From Candidatus Bruticola sp. (GTDB lineage Bacteria > Vulcanimicrobiota > Xenobia > Xenobiales > Xenobiaceae): a stretch of DNA of 64,000 nucleotides. Each line of letters opens with the position of its first letter. Positions within the stretch are counted from its first letter, which is position 1. Both the position numbers and the translations under genes were made by a program. Shown here piece after piece: positions 63,831 through 64,000 of this stretch. The stretch spans positions 5,895 to 69,894 of the forward strand of contig JBJEGC010000022.1 of assembly GCA_051874695.1 (NCBI GenBank), in the 5' to 3' direction. The notes beneath the pieces are model-generated. The model was not told where the DNA came from and did no database searches. It saw only the letters and a list, made by a program, of their open reading frames with translations.

Positions 63831-64000
63831 TACGGCACAGTCTGGTGTAATCGATAGGAACGATGACTGTGCGTACTCCTTCTTTCTTTAGTTGGTTCAT
63901 TTTAAGAAGTAAGAAGGCGGCTCTGGCAGTTATATCTTGCACTTGCAGATAATCGAGACGCTCTTCAAATGTCAGGGGCATATGATTGTAAAGATAAGTT
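63793..64000 (-). CDS. 3' end of a minus-strand ORF that continues beyond the window (hypothetical)
   Basis: The ORF track lists 63793..63981. The reading frame is open to the window edge, with no recognisable motifs. Confidence 0.25.
   Translation of the reverse strand, partial: TYLYNHMPLTFEERLDYLQVQDITARAAFLLLKMNQLKKEGVRTVIVPIDYTRLCRINSDAVVSLHCN

Noticed and set aside
1-64000. Mobile elements or prophage (transposase, integrase, direct repeats at tRNA-Leu genes)
   Set aside because: No transposase or integrase-like ORFs or terminal inverted repeats were seen. Both tRNA-Leu genes appear intact with no duplicated 3' ends.

Overview
This is a chromosomal window from a bacterium with Firmicute-like housekeeping synteny (era, recO, ruvX/yqgF-mltG-udk) and strong AGGAGG-type ribosome-binding sites. 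It also encodes hallmarks of a diderm envelope: an SLH-domain OmpM-like porin and a PilQ secretin. The first ~29 kb hold core genes (nadD partial, era, deoC, recO, ruvX, mltG, udk, tRNA-Leu) and a complete contiguous type IV pilus locus, pilB-pilT-pilC, pilA as its own unit, pilD, pilM-pilN-pilO-pilP-like-pilQ. Directly downstream, from 29.4 to 47.6 kb, is an unusual co-directional block. It begins with a 2223-aa TPR protein that has a repetitive acidic and Gln-rich central region and five near-identical hydrophobic segments, translationally coupled to a 1484-aa all-TPR protein. These are followed by a signal-peptide/TM protein with 12 tandem 13-aa Pro-rich repeats, a protein with two DUF4388-like domains, two Roadblock/LC7 (MglB-like) proteins (one fused to TPR plus an acidic linker), and a Wzy_C O-antigen-ligase-like membrane protein with C-terminal TPRs. 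No small GTPase is visible. This is the most likely candidate for an undescribed pilus-associated or polarity-like system. The window then contains a cryptic RiPP-like locus (radical SAM/SPASM enzyme, separate PqqD-like RRE protein, C39-like papain-fold peptidase) next to lon. It ends with a rhomboid-like protein, an AI-2E transporter, a PlsC-family acyltransferase, tRNA-Leu(CAG), rnhA, a HIT protein and a four-gene oleABCD-like block (FabH-like thiolase, alpha/beta hydrolase, AMP-ligase, NAD-dependent reductase). No CRISPR array, transposase or integrase was seen.
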